The notes under the pieces were generated by a model, which saw only the letters and a program-made list of their open reading frames with translations, was not told where the DNA came from and ran no database searches. Source: Nanobdellota archaeon (GTDB lineage Archaea > Nanobdellota > Nanobdellia > Woesearchaeales > UBA10107). Taken from it: a DNA stretch of 64,000 bases. Shown here one piece after another: positions 1 through 8,906 of the stretch. The stretch is taken from assembly GCA_042571125.1 (NCBI GenBank), contig JBHPFU010000001.1:1225-65224 (forward strand), given 5' to 3'. A program made the position numbers and the translations under genes. Each line of letters begins with the position of its first letter. The stretch's first letter is position 1.

Positions 1-295
1 CAGGAGCAAAAGCACCTGTCCAGTTTAATCTTGTACCTCTTCTGCTCATAATCTTTCTTGGTATTCTTGATATTCCGTGTCCGTACATACCTCTGTAATC
101 ATTTCTTTTCTTTGATAGTCTAACAGATGCTCTTTTTCCAGCCTCAGGATCAGATCCGTACGGCTGTCTGTTATTACTTTGTATAACAAGAACTGCTTTT
201 TTAATTAAGTCTGGTCTAATATCTTCATTGAATTGTTTAGGTAACTCTTTTGTTCCTGATTCAATTTTTCCTGCTGATAATATTTTTAGTTTCAT
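1..295 (-). CDS. rpl4: 50S ribosomal protein uL4, N-terminal part (continues past window edge)
   Basis: Own translation from ATG at 295: MKLKILSAGKIESGTKELPKQF...YRGMYGHGISRIPRKIMSRRGTRLNWTGAFAP. ATGA overlap with the L3 stop. Expected L3-L4 order. Confidence 0.8.
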   Translation of the reverse strand, partial: MKLKILSAGKIESGTKELPKQFNEDIRPDLIKKAVLVIQSNNRQPYGSDPEAGKRASVRLSKKRNDYRGMYGHGISRIPRKIMSRRGTRLNWTGAFAP

Positions 296-1278
296 CTTCC
301 TTGTTTAGAGCTTAAGCTTGTGTAGCTTATTGTTGCAGCTTCCCCTGGTATTTTTGTACTGGGTTTTATTGCTTTGTTAAATCTGATTAATCTTTTTCTT
401 GGTCCAGGTACTGAACCTTTGATAAGAACGAATGAATTTTTGACAACACCATAATTTAAGAAACCGCCTTTTGGATTGATGGACTTTGGATCATCACCGA
501 TTTTTAGAAGCCATTTGTTGAAATCTGTTCTTTGATGATATCCCATCTGGCCTGCATGAGCAACCCTATACATGAAATGAGCATGTCCTTTCCAACCACC
601 TAATGAACCTGGACCCCTTATTGTTTTTTCTGATTTGTGTGATCTTAATCCAATTCCAAATCTTTTTACGGGTCCTTGGAATCCTTTCCCTTTTGTTATT
701 GCATGAATATCAAGCTGTTCCCCTTCTTCGAAAACACCCGTTACAGGTATTTCTTTTCCTAGATTTTCTTTTGCATATGCTAATTTTTCTTCTTTTTTAC
801 CGCCTATAGCGATTTCAAAGATTTCTGGTTTTTTCTTCAAACCAATTAATTTAGGTTGTGTGTATACAATAATATTAAGATCATCATAATCTTCTGGTTT
901 TAATTCTTCCAGCTTTTTTTCAGTTGTTTTCTTTACTTTTGATATTTTTCTTTCAAGTTCCTTGTCGATTTTTGTTAGAATTTGAGAAACAGATTGAAGA
1001 CCGTTTGTTGTGTTTTTGTAGATTTTGACTCCCGCGATTTTAATGGCAGGACATTCAAGCACAGTCACCGGACAAAAGATGTCTTCGCCTTTTGTTAATG
1101 ACGTCTTTCTGTTGTCTGTGATTTGAAGATGAGTCATCCCAACTTTATAGCCTGCGAAGCCTAAGGGTATTGCTTTATCTAGGTTAGCCCAGGCTCTGAT
1201 TCGTGCATATTCTCTTTTAGCACGCTTTCTAGGCCAAACTCCCATACTTCCGCTTCTTGGTTGGTGTGCTTTTGGCAT
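292..1278 (-). CDS. rpl3: 50S ribosomal protein uL3 (archaeal type)
   Basis: 328 aa. N-terminus MPKAHQPRSGSMGVWPRKRA and FAGYKVGMTH, GKGFQGPVKRFG motifs are typical of archaeal L3. Confidence 0.95.
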   Translation of the reverse strand: MPKAHQPRSGSMGVWPRKRAKREYARIRAWANLDKAIPLGFAGYKVGMTHLQITDNRKTSLTKGEDIFCPVTVLECPAIKIAGVKIYKNTTNGLQSVSQILTKIDKELERKISKVKKTTEKKLEELKPEDYDDLNIIVYTQPKLIGLKKKPEIFEIAIGGKKEEKLAYAKENLGKEIPVTGVFEEGEQLDIHAITKGKGFQGPVKRFGIGLRSHKSEKTIRGPGSLGGWKGHAHFMYRVAHAGQMGYHQRTDFNKWLLKIGDDPKSINPKGGFLNYGVVKNSFVLIKGSVPGPRKRLIRFNKAIKPSTKIPGEAATISYTSLSSKQGR

Positions 1279-1488
1279 TTTATTAGGTAGATTAGACTAA
1301 ATAAGCCCCCATTAGCTGTAAAAAGCCTTTTTTTGGCACCTTTTCTTAGAATAAGTTTATTTAAATAAACTTGTACTGAAAAAACGTCTTTTCAGGCTCG
1401 GTTTGGTCTAATATCCGTGTTTAAATCGTTTAAACACGCGCTTTTGATAGTTCTACTGATTAAGAGGGCGTTTATAAAGCTTGCTATC

Positions 1489-2787
1489 TTACTTTTTCTT
1501 GCCCCAGACCTTTCTCCGACAGTATTGAACCGGATTTTTGATTTTGCCGCATAAATTATCTGGTTTGCAGACACCAAAGTCCTTGTAATACATACTATTA
1601 TTGCAGTTTGGAGGGAGAATTTTCTTTTTTTGTTGTTTATGATATCTTAATTGACCAACAATAAGAACTTCTTTGATCATTTCTCCGTTCTTCTTGTTCC
1701 ATTCTTTTAGTTTTGTTTCGATTTGTTCGTAAGACCAACCGCAGCTAACCAAGAAATTAACAAGAACAAACAGACTTCTTTTCTTTCCATCCCGTAATCC
1801 TTTAAAAATTAATTTAATACAAGGGGGAAATAAGTCCTCTGGAACCGCTTCTTCAGGAATAACATATTCTTTACGTACTTTTATTTCTTCTTCTTCAATG
1901 CTTGGCTTGAAATCAAAAGCAGAAACAATCAGATTTTTCCCCTCACCTTTTTTTGCAACACTTCGATCTAAAAATTTAAACGAAGAAATCTTAACTTTAT
2001 CAGGTTCTGCATTTGATTTATCAAATTCTAAAATCTTTGAAGGATCAATAGGAATTGAAACCAATCCTGATTTTTCATTAAGGGAATATGGTGCTCTGTA
2101 AAGATGTCTTGAAGAAATCAATAAAGTATCAATGCTTAAAACAGAGAAAGGATCAAATTCTCCATCAGGAACTAATTCCGAGAATGGTTTTCCTGTTTTT
2201 TTCTTGATAACATCAATGTCTTCTTGAGCCAATAATGCTTTTCTAAGATGATTTTTTATCATCTCTTTCAAATAAAGAGCAATTTTTCTTGCTCCTTCCG
2301 GAAATAACAACTTAGTTTCTGTTTCATGTACCTTGTCTGGGAATGATTCAAAAGGAACGGCTATATGAAATCCATGATTTCCTGAAAATTTGACAGAAAC
2401 GGCATTAACAGAATGATGTTTCAAGGCTTTAACAATAAGATCTGCTGCTATTTTTGAATAATCCAAAAAAGGACAGTCGATATCTATTACCAGGTCCCAT
2501 CCTTTTCTTAATTCTTCTACGTCTTGCTTCCTCATCATTGGATCCAATTGCAAAGGATTTTTCCAGAGTTCTTCAGAACAATGAAATGAAGTAGCTCTCT
2601 GCTTCGCCAATTCAAGAATATCAGAAGGGTATTGAAGAACATCGGGCCTTTTACCGAATCCTCTCTCCCCAAATTTAACAGCAACCTCTTTATCTTCTGC
2701 AGATTCAACTATCTCTTTCTGTATTTCTGGCTGTTTATAGAGCCTTAACAGAATACCTACCTCAACGTCTTTATATTCATCCCCCAT
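1489..2787 (-). CDS. priS: DNA primase, PriS catalytic domain fused to a PriL-CTD-like Cys-rich domain
   Basis: AEP motifs DLVIDIDCP and SGNHGFHIAVP. C-terminal about 110 aa carry PPCIKLIF plus clustered Cys (PPNCNN...GVCKPDNLCGK...QYC). Confidence 0.85.
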   Translation of the reverse strand: MGDEYKDVEVGILLRLYKQPEIQKEIVESAEDKEVAVKFGERGFGKRPDVLQYPSDILELAKQRATSFHCSEELWKNPLQLDPMMRKQDVEELRKGWDLVIDIDCPFLDYSKIAADLIVKALKHHSVNAVSVKFSGNHGFHIAVPFESFPDKVHETETKLLFPEGARKIALYLKEMIKNHLRKALLAQEDIDVIKKKTGKPFSELVPDGEFDPFSVLSIDTLLISSRHLYRAPYSLNEKSGLVSIPIDPSKILEFDKSNAEPDKVKISSFKFLDRSVAKKGEGKNLIVSAFDFKPSIEEEEIKVRKEYVIPEEAVPEDLFPPCIKLIFKGLRDGKKRSLFVLVNFLVSCGWSYEQIETKLKEWNKKNGEMIKEVLIVGQLRYHKQQKKKILPPNCNNSMYYKDFGVCKPDNLCGKIKNPVQYCRRKVWGKKK

Positions 2788-2841
2788 GAAATAGACAATG
2801 TGATATTGCTATATTAATTTATTGTTTTTATAAAAAATCCA

Positions 2842-5007
2842 TCAATAACCCTTATCAACAACATCACGAACTCCTTTTGCTTTTTTCTCCCCAACTTTTT
2901 CAACGTTTGTTAGCCTATCTGCAGAAGCATTCATAACATCACGTACAGAACCGAAGTACTTTAACAATTCTTTTGCTAGAACAGGTCCAACATTAGGCAG
3001 AGCACTAATAATATACTCTTGCTGTTCTTTCAAAGTCAAAGGTTTTCGTTCTGTATGCGGATCAAAGTATTTTTTATCGGGATTTTGTTCGCGTTTAGCA
3101 ATTACAGCCAACAAAGAAGCAGTATCTTTGAAATTCTTAGTTCGTAATACCGGAATTCCATAATTAACGGAAATTGTAGCTAACATCCCCCTAATCGCAT
3201 TCGGATGAATCTTTCTTTGCGAATAAATATCTTCTTCACCTTCTAAAATAATCAAAGGCCTTTCATAATTATGCTTTAATGATTTTATCTGTTCAAGCAA
3301 ACGACCATCGATAATAGAATCAACAAAATCAGGAACTGTTTTGTATTCAACACCAACTTTTGAACTTAGGATATAATCTCCAACATCTAATCGTTTCAAA
3401 TCAATTTTTAAGCCCATATCAATAAGCTCTTTAATAATCCCAGAACTTTTTTCTCTGTCATCAACAAATATCTTCAAATCTTGTTCAATAAACTTATTCA
3501 AGTCCTGTTGTGGTTTTTCTAAACTTATGCCATTTTTCAATTCAGCTAAAGTGCGATGCATCCGTTTTTCTTTATGATGTGCAGACCACCTGTAACCCTC
3601 GTCTCTTGTACCCTTAGCCATTAAAACAACTACTCTACCTTTATCAGACCTACCTGTTCTACCTCTTCTTTGGATAGTTCGGATAGCAGAAGGAATGGCT
3701 TCATAAAAAACAACAAGATCAACTTTCGGGATATCTAGGCCTTCTTCAGCAACAGATGTGGCAATAAGAACATTAAATAATCCAGAACGAAATTCATCAA
3801 GCATTTCTTTTTGTTTTTTTTGCGTCAAACCTGTTTCTCCTTTTTTAGTCTGACCAACAAAAACATTGCATTTTACCCCTTTTTCAACTAATTCCTGTTC
3901 AATTCTGGTAGCAGTATCACGATACTGAGCAAATATTATTATTTTATTCCCCTTTTCTTTTACTATTAAATCTCTAAGTTCGTGTAGTTTAGGATGATCA
4001 ACTTTTTTCTCAAATAAAGAACAGGTTTTAATATAAGCAGAACGAAAATTCAAATCTTGTACTAGATTTTGAACAGCTTTGCTCTTTGTTTTAGACGCCT
4101 CTTCCTTCATTTTTTCCATATATGATTTCAAAGCAGAAATTCCCTGAGTCTCAACTAATTCAATAGCATGCTGAACCTTGCCTGCTTCTGCGATTAAAGA
4201 GATTGATTTCAAAATCTCAAAATCTTTATTGCCTTTAGCAATCTCTGAATGTAATCTTGCCTGTAATTTCAACAAATCTGTTTTTCCATTCATATAATTT
4301 GGCAGGTAACCATACTCTTTTACTTTTTTCAATTTAGAATCATAACAATTTTTCAAAAACTTGTGAATCTCTAAGAAACTAGCAGGCAAATTAACAGTAA
4401 CCCAATCAATATCAATCTTTTGTATGTAAGGTTTGACATCAGGATCAGAATCAACACGAACTTCAACCTCTTCAATAAATAGGTTAGAGCAAATTTCATT
4501 TATTTTCTCTTTATCCGAACCAGGCGAAGCAGTTAGGGCCAAGATCCTAGGAAAATCTGACAACTTATCATACTGTTTCGCGATAAAAGTATAAGCATAG
4601 TCTCCTGTAGCTCGGTGAGCCTCATCAAATACAAGTAAAGATACTTCTTTCAAATTAACACGCCCAGAAATAACATCATTTTCAAGACCTTGCGGAGTTG
4701 AAAAAACAAACTGCGCTTTTTTCCAAAGTTCCCCTCGTTTCTCAGGAGAGACTGCTCCGGTAAACAGGACAAGCTTATCAGAATAAATGTGCTTAGTAAA
4801 AGTATCCAAGTGCTGTTGAGCCAAAGGCTTTGTCGGAGCCAAAAATAATATCTTTGATGAAGGATAGTTCTCAATACGATGAGCAGCAAGCATCAGGGCC
4901 AGAGCGGTTTTGCCCATCCCTGTAGGCAGGACAACAAGAGTATTCTTCCCTGTACAAGAGCTGAAAATAGTCTCTTGATAGAGCCTAGGTTTAAAATCCC
5001 GAATCAT
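2842..5007 (-). CDS. hef: Hef/FANCM-like helicase-nuclease (SF2 helicase + XPF nuclease + HhH2)
   Basis: Walker A LPTGMGKT, FDEAH box, motif VI QRRGRTGR. XPF-like VDDRE...GDY...EYK...D. C-terminal LPNVGPVLAKELL...VEKVGEKKAKGV HhH pair. Confidence 0.9.
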   Translation of the reverse strand: MIRDFKPRLYQETIFSSCTGKNTLVVLPTGMGKTALALMLAAHRIENYPSSKILFLAPTKPLAQQHLDTFTKHIYSDKLVLFTGAVSPEKRGELWKKAQFVFSTPQGLENDVISGRVNLKEVSLLVFDEAHRATGDYAYTFIAKQYDKLSDFPRILALTASPGSDKEKINEICSNLFIEEVEVRVDSDPDVKPYIQKIDIDWVTVNLPASFLEIHKFLKNCYDSKLKKVKEYGYLPNYMNGKTDLLKLQARLHSEIAKGNKDFEILKSISLIAEAGKVQHAIELVETQGISALKSYMEKMKEEASKTKSKAVQNLVQDLNFRSAYIKTCSLFEKKVDHPKLHELRDLIVKEKGNKIIIFAQYRDTATRIEQELVEKGVKCNVFVGQTKKGETGLTQKKQKEMLDEFRSGLFNVLIATSVAEEGLDIPKVDLVVFYEAIPSAIRTIQRRGRTGRSDKGRVVVLMAKGTRDEGYRWSAHHKEKRMHRTLAELKNGISLEKPQQDLNKFIEQDLKIFVDDREKSSGIIKELIDMGLKIDLKRLDVGDYILSSKVGVEYKTVPDFVDSIIDGRLLEQIKSLKHNYERPLIILEGEEDIYSQRKIHPNAIRGMLATISVNYGIPVLRTKNFKDTASLLAVIAKREQNPDKKYFDPHTERKPLTLKEQQEYIISALPNVGPVLAKELLKYFGSVRDVMNASADRLTNVEKVGEKKAKGVRDVVDKGY

Positions 5008-5045
5008 ACAAGAAATAATGCCGTAATTCTTTATATAGATTAGGT

Positions 5046-5387
5046 CTACATATGTCCCGTGGTAACCTTAAGATAGCCCTTTTTATGGATATAATGTCCT
5101 ACCCATATTCCTATAAGAAATATTACGATTAAAAGTTTCCAGTTTCCATAACCCACACCAAGCAGATAACCTAATAGTAATCCTCCCAGCGTCAAGTAAA
5201 ATGCAAAGCCGTACGTAGGTTTTACTTTATATCTTATGTAAATTATTCTCCCGCAAATAAGCCCAATTAAAAACAGGATAAAATAAGCCAGAAATGAATT
5301 GTTTATTGTTATTGAAAGCACAATACCTAAAACAAAGAATATCAAAAATAAAACTTCAACCCATGTTTCGAATAGATTTGTTGTCAT
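5046..5387 (-). CDS. small polytopic membrane protein, unknown function
   Basis: Hydrophobic ORF. Start is probably the internal ATG (MTTNLFETW...) abutting the upstream stop. Confidence 0.4.
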   Translation of the reverse strand: MTTNLFETWVEVLFLIFFVLGIVLSITINNSFLAYFILFLIGLICGRIIYIRYKVKPTYGFAFYLTLGGLLLGYLLGVGYGNWKLLIVIFLIGIWVGHYIHKKGYLKVTTGHM

Positions 5388-5388
5388 T

Positions 5389-6114
5389 TTAAACCGGTTT
5401 CTCGAATGTGAATGCAAACATTGCAAGTATTATTAAGCTTACCACTAATGTTCCAATAATCGCAGTTAAAACTCCCGTGTAATTTATGAAAAATGCTGCT
5501 CCTGCAACAAGACCTATAACCCAAACGTACATAAACCTAGATGCATAGAACATTTTGCTTCCATCCAAAGGAGGTATTGGGAGCATACCGAATATTGCAA
5601 GCCAGAGATTTAATGAAATTGCTTTTTGTATTAATACAAGGTTTAAAGGAAATAGTGTCATTATTTTGAAAAATAGAGCCAGGACAATATTTGCTAAAGG
5701 TCCTGCAGCAGCGACCCATCCCATTGTTTTGTAGACAAGACCGTACCTAAAAGCACCAAGTCTCGCCCCCGCAAGATGATGTACAAGTATTCCTCCTGGA
5801 GCCAGGAAGATAAGCTCTCCTCTGCTCAAAACTACTATTATGACTCCGATCAGTAAACCAAATGTCCAGGAACGATATTCTGCGCGAAGACCTGTTTTTC
5901 CAGCAAAGAATCTGTGCGCAACTTCACGAACCAAGAACGCAAGAGCTACGATTAGTACAATATTTATGAAATTCTTTAAACCATATAAAAAATCAAACTT
6001 ATCAACGCCCCATTCTTTAAATGAAAATATGAATGCGATAACGAGAACAGAAATAATCATCCCTTTTATCTCTTCAGCACTGAATGTAAAGTATTTTTTA
6101 AGGAAGTCTTTCAT
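5389..6114 (-). CDS. site-2 protease (peptidase M50)-like membrane protein with variant metal motif
   Basis: Polytopic. LPIPPLDGSKMF matches the M50 LDG motif. REVAH sits where HExxH is expected. Confidence 0.6.
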   Translation of the reverse strand: MKDFLKKYFTFSAEEIKGMIISVLVIAFIFSFKEWGVDKFDFLYGLKNFINIVLIVALAFLVREVAHRFFAGKTGLRAEYRSWTFGLLIGVIIVVLSRGELIFLAPGGILVHHLAGARLGAFRYGLVYKTMGWVAAAGPLANIVLALFFKIMTLFPLNLVLIQKAISLNLWLAIFGMLPIPPLDGSKMFYASRFMYVWVIGLVAGAAFFINYTGVLTAIIGTLVVSLIILAMFAFTFEKPV

Positions 6115-6118
6115 AAGA

Positions 6119-6814
6119 TTAAGTACCTTTCTTATATTTATATACTTTTTGCTTAACTTGATTCAATATGTCTTCTTCATGACCTGCACCGATGACAGCA
6201 ACAATGGTTTCTTTTGGTCTGCTAACCATGAGTTTAGCAAGATTTGTTGACATGACTTCATTTCTTTCTTTTATTAGGACATTATGTATGTTTGGATATC
6301 TCTTTTTCACAAAACCAATAAGTTTTTTGATAACTTTTTTCTCAGGAACTCTTGTTAAGTCAAGTGATTTTAATCCAATCTTTTCTAATTCTTTTTCTTT
6401 AGAAAACATCCCTCTGAAAATATCAATAATCAGGTTCCACTTTTCTTTCCAGGAAAAAGTCTGAGAAAATCTTTTTAGTGTTATTGATATGTGCTGGTCT
6501 ATCAGAGCAACAGCTATTTTGTGTTTTTTAGCCAGCTTAATGGCAGCAAGCATTTCTGAGCCAGGTTCAACATTGACTATCTTTCCTAGCTTTTTTTCAA
6601 CATAGGCGCCGATAACACCAAAAAGAAAACCTTTCATCCCAACTCCGGATAATCTTCTCCCTTTCTTTTTATTTAGCAAAGAATAAAATCGGTCCTTGTC
6701 CAGTTCTAATGCGACTATGTCTGGCTTTTTTCCTTCAATAGTCTCTTCAACCTTTTTTACACTTTCAATAGATATGTGAGATGTTCCTATTATTGTAAGA
6801 TTCTTATACTTCAT
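6119..6814 (-). CDS. TraB/PrgY family protein
   Basis: N-terminal IIGTSHISIESVKKV...PDIVALELDKDR and C-terminal AVIGAGHEEDI are typical of the TraB family. Confidence 0.7.
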   Translation of the reverse strand: MKYKNLTIIGTSHISIESVKKVEETIEGKKPDIVALELDKDRFYSLLNKKKGRRLSGVGMKGFLFGVIGAYVEKKLGKIVNVEPGSEMLAAIKLAKKHKIAVALIDQHISITLKRFSQTFSWKEKWNLIIDIFRGMFSKEKELEKIGLKSLDLTRVPEKKVIKKLIGFVKKRYPNIHNVLIKERNEVMSTNLAKLMVSRPKETIVAVIGAGHEEDILNQVKQKVYKYKKGT

Positions 6815-6897
6815 ATACTCAAAAACCCAGTTTTCTTTTAAAAAACTTGTGAAATAAAAGAGAATAATTTATAAAAAATAAGATAATATCTTGGCAT

Positions 6898-7077
6898 ATG
6901 AATAAATTCTGGAAATGGGCGCAAAAGAATCATCTGCTTGTTTTTGTTTCATTAATCGCTTTATTCTTATTGCTTTGGAATCTGGATAGGTACCTTCCAA
7001 TCTGTCCGTATGGAACAATACCTGCCATTATAGCGATTATATTTGAAGTATATGTTCAAGTAAAAAAAAGGAAATAG
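6898..7077 (+). CDS. 59-aa membrane micro-protein (hypothetical)
   Basis: Own translation: MNKFWKWAQKNHLLVFVSLIALFLLLWNLDRYLPICPYGTIPAIIAIIFEVYVQVKKRK. Below the track size cutoff. Confidence 0.3.
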   Translation: MNKFWKWAQKNHLLVFVSLIALFLLLWNLDRYLPICPYGTIPAIIAIIFEVYVQVKKRK

Positions 7078-7133
7078 TTTTTATAAAAAACAGAAAACTA
7101 TATATATAAAAGCGATTTAATGCTAAAAAGGTG

Positions 7134-7448
7134 ATGGCAATGTTAAAAATAAGAAAACTAACCGAAACATTTGAAATGAAGGTTTTCACTGATTCTGGTG
7201 ACTATTTTGGAGATATTGAGGAAGCGATGCTTACATCAACAAAGGTTACTGCATGGAGAGTTAGATCCACAAAAAACTCATACCTATCAAAAGTTCTTGG
7301 CTCTGCTAAAGGAGTTGTAGTTCCGCAGACATTGGTACAAGCGATTGGAGATATTATGATTATCTCAAAGAATGCTGTTCCTTCTTTCAGCGAAGCTGAA
7401 GCAGAAAGAGCACCAATTGACGAAGAACCTTCAGCAACCGCATTTTGA
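7134..7448 (+). CDS. PRC-barrel domain protein
   Basis: Pattern MKVFTDSGDYFGDIEEAMLTSTKVTAWRV...GVVVPQTLVQAIGDIMIISKNAV resembles a PRC barrel. aggtg lies upstream. The start could be 7131, 7134 or 7140. Confidence 0.55.
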   Translation: MAMLKIRKLTETFEMKVFTDSGDYFGDIEEAMLTSTKVTAWRVRSTKNSYLSKVLGSAKGVVVPQTLVQAIGDIMIISKNAVPSFSEAEAERAPIDEEPSATAF

Positions 7449-7450
7449 TT

Positions 7451-7816
7451 ATGGCAGTTAAATCAGCAGAAAAAAGAAAAGCTCTCTCAGAAGATATAAA
7501 AAAAACTGAGCAAAAAAGAGAAGTTCTAGAAATCGCATTAGAAAACGCAGTAAAAAAAGGAGATTCTATTAAAGCTGAAAAAATTAGAGAATTATTAAGT
7601 CAAACTACAAATAAAGAATCAAAAGAATTAAAAGAATCTCTCGTAGATTCCGAAAACCCAGAAACAAAGAAGGGCTTTTTTCTTCTTCCACTAAAAATTC
7701 TTGCCGCAATAACTCCTCTTGCATATGGGTGGGCCACTGATAATCTTTACATGTTGTCATTGGGAATTCTAATTATACTTGTTATGATTGTTTGGGCCTT
7801 TAAAAAGCTTAAATAA
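7451..7816 (+). CDS. coiled-coil protein with C-terminal membrane anchor
   Basis: Charged helical N-terminal half, two C-terminal hydrophobic segments. Abuts the PRC-barrel gene (upstream stop at 7446-7448). Confidence 0.5.
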   Translation: MAVKSAEKRKALSEDIKKTEQKREVLEIALENAVKKGDSIKAEKIRELLSQTTNKESKELKESLVDSENPETKKGFFLLPLKILAAITPLAYGWATDNLYMLSLGILIILVMIVWAFKKLK

Positions 7817-7843
7817 TACTTCATTTGAAAACAGAATAAGAAA

Positions 7844-8806
7844 TTAAAAAGCAGACTTTACGTCTGCAAAAGGAATACTAATTTTTCTTGTTGTTCCATG
7901 TTTTAATTCTTGTACTCGATCATAAAGAGATTTTATTCCAACATAGGTTCCAAGTCTTTCTCCGTTTCTTCCTTGTTCTAGGTCATACCAAGGAACAATT
8001 CTTTTCTTTTTAGAGAAAGAAGCTTCACTTACTAAATAAGGAAGTTCTGGATCCCAATCTCTTGTGTGGTTCTCTGTAGGGACAGGGATTAATGTTCTTA
8101 CAACATCCATGTAATCAATAACTGTTTTTTCTGTCTTTCCTCCTTCAACAACTTTTCCTTTTGAAACGGGAGTTACTGAAACTCCTTTTTTCGGAGAACC
8201 TTTTGAGGCCTCTTTTTTGAATTTCTTTAGGTAAGCGGTTTCCTTAGGCAACGCATAATTAATCTGCATCAAAAGTCTTATTGTATTAGCGGAAAGTTCT
8301 TTGTCAGCACCATTAGGAATAACTAATTGTCCGTTTAACTCTGTGTATTCAATCGCAGGAGTTACATTATACTCAATAGTAATCCCAAGATTTCCAGCTA
8401 CAATAGTATCAAAATCTTCAAGCGCTCTGCCAACATGTAGATAAGGAGCCCCATCTCTTTTTACAACATCGGTTGTATGTCTCCCCCGGTTAGCATTAAA
8501 AGCAAGTCCTTGCAGATGACCTTCAATGCCTTCTACAATCTTTTTGTAAGGAGTTTTTTTATGTCTTGATTCTGCCTGAATATCAGCAATTTTATCCCCT
8601 CCAACTATCAGTGCTTTACTTTCAATATCAGAATTCATTGTGAAAACATCTAATCTGCATTTTTTTCTGATTAATTCGTTAAGCCTTTCTTTAGCTTCTT
8701 CCATTCTTTGTATATTGTGCTCTGCACGTTCTGCATATACTGATTCTTTAGATACCTTAATGGCTCCTGCTCGATTTCCAACGAGTTTTAATATTTCTTC
8801 AATCAT
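7844..8806 (-). CDS. conserved-looking hypothetical protein (about 320 aa)
   Basis: Long ORF. ATG at 8806 is preceded by AGGTGA. No motif recognised. Confidence 0.6.
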   Translation of the reverse strand: MIEEILKLVGNRAGAIKVSKESVYAERAEHNIQRMEEAKERLNELIRKKCRLDVFTMNSDIESKALIVGGDKIADIQAESRHKKTPYKKIVEGIEGHLQGLAFNANRGRHTTDVVKRDGAPYLHVGRALEDFDTIVAGNLGITIEYNVTPAIEYTELNGQLVIPNGADKELSANTIRLLMQINYALPKETAYLKKFKKEASKGSPKKGVSVTPVSKGKVVEGGKTEKTVIDYMDVVRTLIPVPTENHTRDWDPELPYLVSEASFSKKKRIVPWYDLEQGRNGERLGTYVGIKSLYDRVQELKHGTTRKISIPFADVKSAF

Positions 8807-8906
8807 TTTGATCACCTAACATATATGAGATGTTATAAGTATATGAATTTGTGTGGTGTGAAATATCACCATAAGATATATAAAGTTCAAAGTTTTATAT
8901 ATTAAA

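Noticed and set aside
603-809. Many 60-155-aa track ORFs lie antisense to or inside long genes. Examples: 603-809, 1898-2101, 4650-4889, 11297-11632, 12323-12610, 15466-15837, 15913-16218, 21152-21388, 33417-33884, 34062-34505, 36298-36762, 36954-37364, 42758-43171, 44269-44682, 56542-56931.
   Set aside because: They are shadow ORFs opposite confidently identified genes. They have low-complexity, Leu/Phe/Ser-rich composition typical of antisense frames in AT-rich DNA and no start-site signals.
1392-1577. 61-aa ORF spanning the primase 3' end and the downstream hairpin.
   Set aside because: It overlaps the primase coding region and the terminator-like palindrome, and has no SD or TATA context.
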